DNA of 64,000 nucleotides from contig JAIYCW010000062.1 of the NCBI GenBank assembly GCA_027487815.1, positions 7,204 through 71,203 on the forward strand. Reading direction: 5' to 3'. Positions 26,916-35,629 of this stretch are shown here, in pieces. Within the stretch, counting starts at the first letter, position 1. Every line of letters begins with the position of its first letter. Source of the DNA: Burkholderiales bacterium. Lineage in GTDB: Bacteria; Pseudomonadota; Gammaproteobacteria; Burkholderiales; Burkholderiaceae_E. The notes below the pieces were generated by a model. That model did not search any database and was not told the origin of the DNA. It saw nothing but the letters and a program-made list of their open reading frames with translations. Made by a program: the position numbers and the translations under genes.

Positions 26916-27677
26916 TTACAGCGTCGAAAAATCTGGCTGACGCTTTTGCATGAAGGCGGTGAAAGCTTCGCGCGCTGCAGGCTCACCAAGCATGCGGCGA
27001 AACTGCTCGCCTTCCTTTTGCATCGTGCTCGCAATCAGCTGAGCGCTGCCCTCGCGGATCAGGCGCTTGGTGGTCAGCAGCGACGCCATTGGCCGCATCG
27101 CCAGGGACTGAGCACGATCCATCGCAAACGCCTGCAATTGATCCACGGGCACTACCCGATTTACCAGGCCCATGGCATGCGCCTCCTGGGCACTGAAAGG
27201 CTCGCCAAACAAGAGCTTTTCGCTGGCTTGCTGCAAGCCCACCAATTGCGGAAACAGCAAGCTGGAAGCCGCCTCGGGGCACAGGCCCAGGTTGGCAAAG
27301 GGCATGGAAAACTTGGCGCTCTCGCTGGCATACACCGCATCGCAGTGCATGAGCAATGTCGTGCCCACGCCCACGGCTGCGCCACTCACCGCAGCGATGA
27401 TGGGCTTGGGAAAGGTGCTGATCGCTTGAAGAAAGCGAAACACCGGCGATTCATCGCCATGCGGCGGGTTATTCAGAAAGTCACCCAAGTCATTGCCCGC
27501 GGTGAACACTTCCTGATGGCCGCGAATCAACACCACCCGCACCTCGCCATCTTCACGCGCACTGACCAAGCCATCAGCAAGCGCGGCATACATGGCCGCA
27601 GTGATTGCATTTTTTCGATCAAGCCGATCAAACGCGAGTTCAAGAACTGCGCCATGCCGGGTGGAGGTGATATTCAT
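26916..27677 (-). CDS. Enoyl-CoA hydratase/isomerase family protein
   Basis: Crotonase fold with 'FTAGNDLGDF' and 'AAVSGAAVGVGTTLLMHCD'. The start was trimmed to 'MNITSTRHG'. Confidence 0.85.
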   Translation of the reverse strand: MNITSTRHGAVLELAFDRLDRKNAITAAMYAALADGLVSAREDGEVRVVLIRGHQEVFTAGNDLGDFLNNPPHGDESPVFRFLQAISTFPKPIIAAVSGAAVGVGTTLLMHCDAVYASESAKFSMPFANLGLCPEAASSLLFPQLVGLQQASEKLLFGEPFSAQEAHAMGLVNRVVPVDQLQAFAMDRAQSLAMRPMASLLTTKRLIREGSAQLIASTMQKEGEQFRRMLGEPAAREAFTAFMQKRQPDFSTL

Positions 27678-27679
27678 GC

Positions 27680-28879
27680 TTAAACCCTTTCGAAGATACC
27701 AGCTGCACCCATGCCGGTGCCCACACACATGGTGACCATGCCGTAGCGCAAATTCTTGCGCTGCAACGCGTGCACCACGGTTGCCGAACGGATCGCACCT
27801 GTGGCTCCCAGCGGATGGCCCAAAGCAATCGCGCCACCCATCGGATTGACCACCTCGGGATTCAGCCCCAGATCCTGGATCACCGCGAGCGATTGCGCAG
27901 CAAAGGCTTCATTCAATTCAATCCAGCCCATGTCTTCCTGCTTTAAGCCGGCCGTTTTGAGTGCGGCCGGGATCGCTTCCTTCGGACCAATGCCCATGAT
28001 TTCAGGTGGCACGCCGCGCACCGAGAATGATACAAAGCGAGCCAATGGCTTCAGGTTGAACTGCTTGAGAATCTTCTCTGAAACGATGATCAGAGCACCA
28101 GCGCCGTCAGAAGTTTGCGAGCTATTGCCGGCCGTGACGCTGCCCTTTGCAGCAAACACCGGGCGCAGTTTGGCCAGAGACTCAAGGCTCGATTCCGCAC
28201 GCGGGCCTTCATCCTGGCTCACGGTGCGCTCACTGATATCCAGAGCACCGCTACCAAGATTGGGGAACTTCTCAATCAGATGGACAGGCGCCATCTCAAA
28301 ATTGAATTCGCCAGCTTGCTGAGCAGCAATCGCTTTTTGATGCGAGGCCAAGGCAAAGGCATCCTGTGCTTCACGCGACACCTTCCACTGCTGCGCCACC
28401 TTTTCGGCCGTCATGCCCATGCCGTAGGCGATCCCGATGTTTTCGTTGTTCGCAAACACATTGATGTTGATCGACGGCTTGTTGCCCATCATGGGCACCA
28501 TGCTCATCGACTCAGCACCTGCCGCGATCATTACATCAGCTTCGCCTACCCGAATCCGATCAGCCGCCATGGCTACTGCGCTCAAACCTGAGGCGCAGAA
28601 GCGATTCACCGTGATACCCCCCACGGTATTGGGCAGCCCCGCGAGTAATACACCAATGCGAGCCATGTTCAGGCCCTGCTCGGCCTCGGGGATAGCGCAA
28701 CCCACGATGGCATCTTCAATCAGCTTGGGATCCAGCCCCGGCACATCGGCCATGGCTGCGCGGATCGCATGCACCAGCAGATCATCCGGACGCAGATGTT
28801 TGAAGGTGCCTTTGGGGGCTTTGCCAATCGGTGTGCGACGGGCAGCGACGATATAAGCGTCTTGTACTTGACGAGTCAT
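27680..28879 (-). CDS. Acetyl-CoA C-acyltransferase (3-ketoacyl-CoA thiolase)
   Basis: 399 aa with the active-site Cys region 'VNRFCASGL' and C-terminal 'NPMGGAIALGHPLGATG' and 'MCVGTGMG'. Confidence 0.9.
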   Translation of the reverse strand: MTRQVQDAYIVAARRTPIGKAPKGTFKHLRPDDLLVHAIRAAMADVPGLDPKLIEDAIVGCAIPEAEQGLNMARIGVLLAGLPNTVGGITVNRFCASGLSAVAMAADRIRVGEADVMIAAGAESMSMVPMMGNKPSININVFANNENIGIAYGMGMTAEKVAQQWKVSREAQDAFALASHQKAIAAQQAGEFNFEMAPVHLIEKFPNLGSGALDISERTVSQDEGPRAESSLESLAKLRPVFAAKGSVTAGNSSQTSDGAGALIIVSEKILKQFNLKPLARFVSFSVRGVPPEIMGIGPKEAIPAALKTAGLKQEDMGWIELNEAFAAQSLAVIQDLGLNPEVVNPMGGAIALGHPLGATGAIRSATVVHALQRKNLRYGMVTMCVGTGMGAAGIFERV

Positions 28880-28894
28880 GTTTTGGCTCCTTAA

Positions 28895-31300
28895 TCAGTT
28901 GCGAACGGGCTTGCCGGTCTGCATCATGCCCATAATGCGTTCCTGGGTTTTGGGGTGGGTGAGCAGCGAGCCAAAGGCCTTGCGCTCCAATGTGAGCAAC
29001 CAGGCTTCATCCACCATCGAGCCAGCTTCCACATCACCGCCTGTCATTACTTCAGCAATGGTCTTGCCCAGATGGAAGTCGTGCGCGGAGATGAAACCAC
29101 CATCGCGCATATTGACGAGCTGAGCCTGAATCGTAGCCAATCCCGTGCGGCCGGTGACCTTGATCATCGACTTGCGAGGCGCGCGATAGCCCAGGTCAAA
29201 CATGGCCCGCGCTTGCTTGACTGCCGTGAGCAGCAGCTCGTAGCGGTTAAACACAATAAGATCGTCAGGCAAGAGATAACCCATTGCTTGCGCTTCAATC
29301 GCCGAGCGCGATACCTGCGCGGTAGCCGCTGCCATGAAGTATTTCTTCATGAAGTCAAAGAGGCTTGCATCAGGCGCCATCGCCTGCTCTTCAGCCGCGC
29401 GGCGTGCGCCGTAGGCCAAACCGCCGGCGCCGGGCACAAGACCCACACCCACTTCCACCAGACCAATATAGCTCTCGAGCGAGGCCACACGCTTGGCGCA
29501 ATAAACCGCCAACTCGCAACCACCGCCCAAGGCCATGCCTGAGACCGCAGCCACGGTGGGCACATTCGCATAGCGCAAGCGCAGCATCGCATCCTGAAGC
29601 TTTTTCTCTTCCGGCTCTATCGCCTTGGCACCGCCAGACATAAAGAGGGGAAGCATCGCTTGCAGGTCAGCGCCCACCGAAAACGGCTCATCAGGCGACC
29701 ACACCACCAGGCCCTTATACGAAGCCTCGGCAAGTTCAACACCCTTCAACAAGCCTGCGGTCACACCGGGGCCGATCGCATGCATCTTCGATTTGATCGA
29801 AGCAATCACCACATCATCGTTGGCACCGGGCAAGGTCCACAAGCGAATATCGTTGTCTTCGAAAAGGGTCGCGCCTGCAGTCTTGCCATCGGCCACACCT
29901 TCGCCAAACAAAGGCGCACGGAAGGCCTGGCGCTGATACACCGGCAAATCCGAGCGAGGTACAAATTGCCCGGTAGCTGCACTAAACGAGCCTTCGGGCT
30001 GATGCACACCTTCGCGCTCAGCCACGGGCCCACTCGTCACCCAAGCGGGTAGCGGCACATTGGCAATCGCTTTGCCTGCTGCAATATCAGCAGCGATCCA
30101 CTCCGCCACTTGTTTCCAACCGGCTTGTTGCCAAATCTCGAAAGGGCCTTCGTTCCAACCAAAGCCAAAGCGCAAAGCCATATCCAAGTCACGCGCGTTG
30201 TCTGCAATCTCTTGCAGCTTACAAGCGGAATAGTGCATCCCGTCGCGAATGATCGACCAAACGAACTGTGCCTGTGGGTTAGTGCTTTCACGCAACAATC
30301 CCAAACGCTCGGCCCAGGTCTTTTTCTTGAGCATGCGAACCACAGTGTCATCCGCCTTGGCACCTGAGGGCACGTATTCGCCCTTGGCAGGATCGAGGCG
30401 CAAAATTGCCTTGCCCTCTTTGCGGAAAAAGCCCGCGCCGGCCTTCTGACCAATCGCGCCCTTTTCAATCAGGCCTTTGACGACTGCTGGCGTGGCGTAA
30501 AGCGCACTAAAGGGATCGTCTTGCAGGTTGTCCTGCATGGTTTTGATCACATGACCCATCGTGTCCAGGCCCACCACATCGGCTGTGCGGAAGGTGCCGG
30601 AAGACGCCCGCCCCAGCTTGCTGCCTGTGAGGTCATCCACCACGTCATAGGTGAGGCCAAAACGTTGCGCCTGTTCAATCGTGGCCAACATCCCGAAGAT
30701 ACCAACACGATTGGCAATGAAATTGGGGGTATCTTTGGCGCGCACGCAACCTTTGCCCAGGGTGGTCGTCAGGAAGCTTTCAAGCTGATCAAGGATCGCC
30801 GGATTGGTGCTGGGGGTGGCAATCAATTCCACCAGATGCATGTAGCGCGGTGGGTTGAAGAAATGCACGCCGCAAAAGCGCGCTTTCAGATCGCCCTCGA
30901 AGCCTTCCGACAAACGCGTGATCGACAAGCCCGAGGTGTTGCTTGCAAAAATCGCATGGGTGGAAATGTGGGGCGCGACCTTCTTGTAAAGGTCGTGCTT
31001 CCAATCCATCCGCTCAGCAATGGCCTCAATGATCAGATCACACTGAGAGAGCTTTTCAAGATCCTGCTCATAGTTACCCAGCTCGATCTGCGAAGCCAGC
31101 TCAGCCACACCCAAAGGTGCGGGATTGAGCTTGCGCAACCCGTCAAGCGCTTTCAGGCCAATGCCATTCTTGGGGCCTTCCTTGGCCGGGAGGTCAAACA
31201 GGATCACGCTGACCTTGGCATTCACCAGGTGGGCGGCGATCTGCGCTCCCATGACCCCGGCTCCCAACACGGCCACGCGCTTGACGATAAAGTTGCTCAT
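28895..31300 (-). CDS. Multifunctional 3-hydroxyacyl-CoA dehydrogenase / enoyl-CoA hydratase (N-terminal dehydrogenase type)
   Basis: 801 aa with the N-terminal Rossmann 'VAVLGAGVMGAQIA' and a C-terminal crotonase domain 'AAVSGMALGGGCEL'. Confidence 0.9.
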   Translation of the reverse strand: MSNFIVKRVAVLGAGVMGAQIAAHLVNAKVSVILFDLPAKEGPKNGIGLKALDGLRKLNPAPLGVAELASQIELGNYEQDLEKLSQCDLIIEAIAERMDWKHDLYKKVAPHISTHAIFASNTSGLSITRLSEGFEGDLKARFCGVHFFNPPRYMHLVELIATPSTNPAILDQLESFLTTTLGKGCVRAKDTPNFIANRVGIFGMLATIEQAQRFGLTYDVVDDLTGSKLGRASSGTFRTADVVGLDTMGHVIKTMQDNLQDDPFSALYATPAVVKGLIEKGAIGQKAGAGFFRKEGKAILRLDPAKGEYVPSGAKADDTVVRMLKKKTWAERLGLLRESTNPQAQFVWSIIRDGMHYSACKLQEIADNARDLDMALRFGFGWNEGPFEIWQQAGWKQVAEWIAADIAAGKAIANVPLPAWVTSGPVAEREGVHQPEGSFSAATGQFVPRSDLPVYQRQAFRAPLFGEGVADGKTAGATLFEDNDIRLWTLPGANDDVVIASIKSKMHAIGPGVTAGLLKGVELAEASYKGLVVWSPDEPFSVGADLQAMLPLFMSGGAKAIEPEEKKLQDAMLRLRYANVPTVAAVSGMALGGGCELAVYCAKRVASLESYIGLVEVGVGLVPGAGGLAYGARRAAEEQAMAPDASLFDFMKKYFMAAATAQVSRSAIEAQAMGYLLPDDLIVFNRYELLLTAVKQARAMFDLGYRAPRKSMIKVTGRTGLATIQAQLVNMRDGGFISAHDFHLGKTIAEVMTGGDVEAGSMVDEAWLLTLERKAFGSLLTHPKTQERIMGMMQTGKPVRN

Positions 31301-31327
31301 ATCTTATTCCGTTGAATTGAACTGCGA

Positions 31328-31789
31328 TTACTGCTCGCGGACCCAAACCTGCGAACGACCCATCAAAGAAACTCCGATGAAGCCGCGCACTTCCAGTTTT
31401 TTGCCGCCGTCTTGCAATTTGGCCTTGGCCTTGTAAACCTTCCCGTTGTTGGGATCCAGAATCTGGCCCTCACCCCACTCGGTGTCGAACTTCTTCAAAC
31501 CGGTCAGGATGGTCATGCCCACAATGGGCTTATCTTTTCGATCATCAGTGCACTTCTCGCACTTTGCATCAGCCTTGCTGGCATCCATGATCTTTTCGAT
31601 CTTCCCGCTCAACACGCCATTGGCTTCAGTGATGCGAACCATGGAGCGCGCTTGCTTGGTTTCATCATCAATGGTTTTCCACAAGCCCACCGGCGAGTCT
31701 TGCGCAATAGCGTTGGTAGCACCAAGGGCCAGGCCAGCCAAAGCAGCAAATACGGCGGTGGAACGCGACATTTTTTCAATCAGGGTCAT
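31328..31789 (-). CDS. DUF2147 domain-containing periplasmic protein
   Basis: Signal peptide, 'GLWKTIDDETK', 'CEKCTDDRKDKPIVGM', 'ILDPNNGKVYKAK...LEVRGF'. Confidence 0.7.
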   Translation of the reverse strand: MTLIEKMSRSTAVFAALAGLALGATNAIAQDSPVGLWKTIDDETKQARSMVRITEANGVLSGKIEKIMDASKADAKCEKCTDDRKDKPIVGMTILTGLKKFDTEWGEGQILDPNNGKVYKAKAKLQDGGKKLEVRGFIGVSLMGRSQVWVREQ

Positions 31790-31809
31790 GGATAGTCTCC
31801 TTTGGTTTA

Positions 31810-33603
31810 TTAGAACAATTCAGGCTCAAGTGCCATCAGGGATTGTGCGCCAGAACGCGCTGATTTGATCAGCGAAGCGGTTTCAGGCTGCAGCTTGGCG
31901 AAGTAAAAACGTGCTGTGCCGAGCTTGCTCTTGTAAAACGGATCATCAGGATGAGCCAAGGCCAGCTTGGCCATGCGCGCCCAGAAGTAGGACATCACCA
32001 GATGCCCGATCACCCGCAAATAATCCACGGCCGCTGCGCCCGCCTCATCCTGATTCTGGAAAGCTTTCATGCCGAGTTCCAGGGTGAGCTTCTCAACTTT
32101 CTGGCCTAGATCAGCCAATGGATTCACGAACTCGGCCATAGCTTCGTTAGTGCCTTCCTGCTCAACCAGATCGCTCACCAGCTTGCCAAACTTGCGCAAC
32201 TTCGCACCGTTGTCACCCAACACTTTGCGGCCCAGCAAATCCAGCGACTGGATGGTGTTGGTGCCTTCGTAAATCATGTTGATGCGGGCATCGCGCACAT
32301 ACTGCTCCATGCCCCACTCGCGGATATAACCGTGGCCGCCGAAAATCTGCAGCGCCATGTTTGTGGTGCTAAAGGCGTTGTCGGTCAGAAAGGCTTTAAC
32401 CACCGGAGTCAACAGGGACAGCATGTCATCCGCATCCTTGCGCACATCGGCATCAGGATGGTTATGCATGGTGTCGGCCATCAGCGCGAGCCACTGGGCG
32501 AACGCACGCGAGCCTTCGGTGTAGGCCTTTTGCGTCAGCAACATGCGGCGCACATCAGGATGCACGATGATCGAGTCAGCTGGCTTGTCTGGACTCTTCG
32601 GGCCTGTGAGGGAACGGCTCTGACGACGATCCTTCGCATAAGCGAGCGAATTCTGATAGGCCACTTCCATCAGCCCGAGTGATTGCATACCAACGCCAAT
32701 GCGCGCGGCATTCATCATCACAAACATCGCATTCAAGCCTTTGTTGGGCTCGCCGACCAAATGACCGATCGCGCCATCAAAATCCATCACGCAAGTGGAA
32801 TTGCCATGGATACCCATCTTCTCTTCGATACGCGAGCACTGCAAAGCATTGCGCTCGCCTGGTTCGCCGGCGGGGGTCAGCACAAACTTCGGTACGATAA
32901 AAAGCGAGATGCCTTTTGTGCCACTCGGTGCATCCGGCAAACGGGCGAGCACCAAATGAACGATGTTCGCTGTGAGGTCGTGCTCACCGGAGGAGATGAA
33001 GATCTTGGTGCCAGTGATCTTGAAGCTGCCATCGGCTTGGGGCTCGGCGCGGCTGCGCAACATGCCCAGATCAGTGCCGCAATGCGGCTCGGTCAAACAC
33101 ATCGTGCCGGTCCATTCGCCAGACACCAGCTTGGGCAAAATGCGCTCTTTCTGGATGGGAGTGCCATGCGCTGCGAGGCAGTCATAAGCGCCATGCGTCA
33201 GACCGGGATACATGGTCCAGGCCTGATTGGCCGAGTTCATCATTTCCTGAAACGCCATGCCCACCACATGGGGTAGCCCCTGGCCACCGAGTTCGGGAGC
33301 GCAGGTCAAGGTGGGCCAACCGGCTTCCACAAACTGGTCCCAGGCTTGCTTGAAGCCAGCCGGTGTTTTTACAGCGCCGCGTCCATCAGCGTCGCGGAAA
33401 TGTTGGCAACCCTCTTCATCGCCCGAGCGATTGATCGGGAACAATACTTCGGCGCAAAACTTGCCGCCCTCTTCCAGAACCTGATCGATCAGTTCACGGT
33501 TGGTGCTGGTATGCGCAGGAAACTGCGCCAGATGCTTTTCAACTTCAAGCAGCTCATGCATCACAAACTGCATGTCGCGAATTGGTGGGGTGTATTGAGG
33601 CAT
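31810..33603 (-). CDS. Long-type acyl-CoA dehydrogenase
   Basis: 597 aa. It has the ACAD N/M/C domains ('CLTEPHCGTDL', 'GGHGYIREWGMEQYVRDARI') plus a C-terminal extension. Confidence 0.9.
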   Translation of the reverse strand: MPQYTPPIRDMQFVMHELLEVEKHLAQFPAHTSTNRELIDQVLEEGGKFCAEVLFPINRSGDEEGCQHFRDADGRGAVKTPAGFKQAWDQFVEAGWPTLTCAPELGGQGLPHVVGMAFQEMMNSANQAWTMYPGLTHGAYDCLAAHGTPIQKERILPKLVSGEWTGTMCLTEPHCGTDLGMLRSRAEPQADGSFKITGTKIFISSGEHDLTANIVHLVLARLPDAPSGTKGISLFIVPKFVLTPAGEPGERNALQCSRIEEKMGIHGNSTCVMDFDGAIGHLVGEPNKGLNAMFVMMNAARIGVGMQSLGLMEVAYQNSLAYAKDRRQSRSLTGPKSPDKPADSIIVHPDVRRMLLTQKAYTEGSRAFAQWLALMADTMHNHPDADVRKDADDMLSLLTPVVKAFLTDNAFSTTNMALQIFGGHGYIREWGMEQYVRDARINMIYEGTNTIQSLDLLGRKVLGDNGAKLRKFGKLVSDLVEQEGTNEAMAEFVNPLADLGQKVEKLTLELGMKAFQNQDEAGAAAVDYLRVIGHLVMSYFWARMAKLALAHPDDPFYKSKLGTARFYFAKLQPETASLIKSARSGAQSLMALEPELF

Positions 33604-33635
33604 GGTGAAGTACTCCAGTAAATATCGAAAAAGGG

Positions 33636-34238
33636 TTATGCGGTTTGAGGAAGTTGCACATACGAAGCCAGCAAGCGCTCGAAGCTGCGCCGCGCACGGG
33701 GCACGGCATCTGGGCTGCGCATCAGGCGGGCATCGTGGTGCAGCACAAGAATCACGCCGTAGAGCTGAAACACCAGCTCTTCCACATCAGTGTGGTCGGC
33801 CAGCTCTCCGGTTTGCATACACAGGCGTATGGCGCGGTTGAGCTCTTTTTGCCAGGATCGAACCATCGCGACCAGCTCTTCACGAACAGCACCTGGCCGG
33901 TCGTCGTAATCGGTGGCACCCGAGATATAGATGCAACCGTTGGCGGCTTCAAATGCGGTACGCTCCAGCCAGTTATCGAAGATCGCTCGCAGGCGCTTGA
34001 GCCCCCGTGTTGCTTTCAAAGCTGGCACCAGCACATCATTGGCAAAGGCTTGCTCATAGTGCTTGAGCACGGCGATCTGCAAATCTTCCCGTGAGCCGAA
34101 GTGGGCAAACACCCCGCTCTTGGACATTTGCATCCGCTCGGCCAAAGCCCCAATGGTTAACCCTTCCAATCCGACGCGCGCCGCCAGATCGGTTGCAGCA
34201 GCCACGATGGCCGCCCGGGTTTGCTCACCTTTACGCAT
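33636..34238 (-). CDS. TetR/AcrR-family transcriptional regulator
   Basis: 'TRAAIVAAATDLAARVGLEGLTIGALAERMQMSKSGVFAHFGSRE' HTH. The start was trimmed to the ATG at 34238. It is the first gene of the beta-oxidation operon. Confidence 0.85.
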   Translation of the reverse strand: MRKGEQTRAAIVAAATDLAARVGLEGLTIGALAERMQMSKSGVFAHFGSREDLQIAVLKHYEQAFANDVLVPALKATRGLKRLRAIFDNWLERTAFEAANGCIYISGATDYDDRPGAVREELVAMVRSWQKELNRAIRLCMQTGELADHTDVEELVFQLYGVILVLHHDARLMRSPDAVPRARRSFERLLASYVQLPQTA

Positions 34239-34265
34239 GAAAAGCTTCTGAAGTTCCAAAGAAAT

Positions 34266-34279
34266 TACGAACGTTCGTA
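34266..34279. promoter_or_regulatory. Perfect 14-bp palindrome, probable TetR operator
   Basis: TACGAACGTTCGTA lies 28-41 nt upstream of the TetR start, in the divergent region shared with the HpcH aldolase gene. It is flanked by imperfect A/T-rich symmetry. Confidence 0.5.
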
Positions 34280-34404
34280 CTTTTTCTTGAATCATCGCTG
34301 CTGTCAACCGCCCTTTGTCGCCTGAATGCAGGTTTTGCCCTGTTTTCGCGGTGTTTAGATCGACACCTCTATTGATGCGGCGCAGCAAGGGTAGGATTGT
34401 CATC

Positions 34405-35166
34405 ATGAGACCAAATCAAATTAAGCAAGTCATTGCACAAGGTGGTCCGGCCCTTGGCGGCTGGATGGCGTTCAACTCACCCTACGCAGCGGAAATCATG
34501 GGTCACAGCGGGTTTGATACCGTCGTGGTCGATCTTCAGCATGGCCCCTTCTATATAGACGCAGCAATTCCAATGCTGCAGGCGCTTTCAGCCACCCCGG
34601 CTATGCCGATGGCGCGCTGCTCGGCCAACAACTTCTTTGAGATCAACAAGCTGCTCGATGCCGGGGCCTACGCGATCATCTGCCCGATGATTGACTCTGC
34701 AGCAGATGCGGCCGCCTTTGTCAGTGCCTGCAGGTATCCGCCAGTTGGCACACGTTCCTATGGCCCCACCCGAGGATTTCTCTATGGTGGGCCGGATTAC
34801 TTCGAGCATGCCAACAGCACCATCATGACCTGGGCGATGGTGGAAACACCGCAGGCCATGAAAGAGCTCGATGCCATTGCAGCCACGCCCGGACTCGACG
34901 GCATCTTCGTTGGGCCAGCCGATCTGAGTCTTGCGCTTGGCGCGGTGCCTCCGCCAAAGCACAAAGCCGAGCCTTTGGCGAGCGCACTGAAGCATATCGT
35001 TGAGCGCACCCATGCTGCGGGCAAGCTCGCGGGCTGCTTCAGCACCACCGAGGAAATGTCGATAGATCTGAAGCGGCTGGGCTTTGATTTCATCACTGTG
35101 GCGATGGACGCCGTGTTGCTCAAGACCAGCGCCAGTGAGCGCGTAGCTGCTGTGCGCAAGGCCTGA
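34405..35166 (+). CDS. HpcH/HpaI-family aldolase
   Basis: 253 aa with 'GFDTVVVDLQHGP', 'RCSANN' and 'VETPQAM..LDAIAATPGLDGIFVGPADLS', typical of 2-keto-3-deoxy-acid aldolases. Confidence 0.8.
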   Translation: MRPNQIKQVIAQGGPALGGWMAFNSPYAAEIMGHSGFDTVVVDLQHGPFYIDAAIPMLQALSATPAMPMARCSANNFFEINKLLDAGAYAIICPMIDSAADAAAFVSACRYPPVGTRSYGPTRGFLYGGPDYFEHANSTIMTWAMVETPQAMKELDAIAATPGLDGIFVGPADLSLALGAVPPPKHKAEPLASALKHIVERTHAAGKLAGCFSTTEEMSIDLKRLGFDFITVAMDAVLLKTSASERVAAVRKA

Positions 35167-35503
35167 TGTTCTTTCCTACTTTTGGGTTCAACTACAAGAT
35201 TCACCCACGATATGTGGGGCCAGCCTTGCCAGGGCTTGCGGCGCTTGAGATAATTGGGTTATTGCGAAAGCAATATTCAAGAAAGCGTCCCCATGTTAGC
35301 TACAGCAATTTATTGCCGAGGGCTTAACGCAAGGCAGTCAGCGGGCTTCGCGCCCAACCTTCGTTGTAGTCCCTCCCGACGTCCTCAGGTTCGACGTCAT
35401 CCCATCTTGGAATCCCTGCATCGGCAATTTCAACCGCCCGACCGTGCGCCTTCGTGTTGACCCTTTGCCTTTTGCATTTCACCTGATCACTGAGGATTCC
35501 ATC

Positions 35504-35617
35504 ATGATTTCATTTTTCAAACGTCATCAACTTTCGCCTGTCGTGGCGGCCATCACAACCCGCATCGTGCTGCCCTATGCACTGATATTTGCGGCGCTCA
35601 GCCTGGCGGGCCGCTAA
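35504..35617 (+). CDS. Candidate 37-aa hydrophobic small protein (not in the ORF track)
   Basis: The ATG is preceded by GAGGA with a 6-nt spacer. It translates as MISFFKRHQLSPVVAAITTRIVLPYALIFAALSLAGR, giving one predicted TM helix. It sits in an otherwise empty 460-bp convergent intergenic region. Confidence 0.3.
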   Translation: MISFFKRHQLSPVVAAITTRIVLPYALIFAALSLAGR

Positions 35618-35629
35618 GTTAAATCACTC

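Noticed and set aside
30521-31315. 264-aa ORF on the + strand
   Set aside because: It is antisense to the FadB-like gene. This is a shadow frame of a high-GC coding region.
33636-34406. N-terminally extended versions of tracked ORFs. This one is an example; others are 5157-6233, 8151-9191, 9143-10078, 21952-22965, 26916-27728, 56590-57105, 59073-60398 and 60312-63236.
   Set aside because: The extensions lack family homology, run into neighbouring genes or operators, and internal ATGs with better context reproduce the canonical N-termini. The trimmed coordinates were used instead.
35254-35460. 68-aa ORF inside the orphan intergenic region
   Set aside because: It has a TTG start without an SD, an R/P/S-rich non-protein-like composition, and it overlaps the stem-loop elements. 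I treat the region as possible RNA or leader rather than this CDS.
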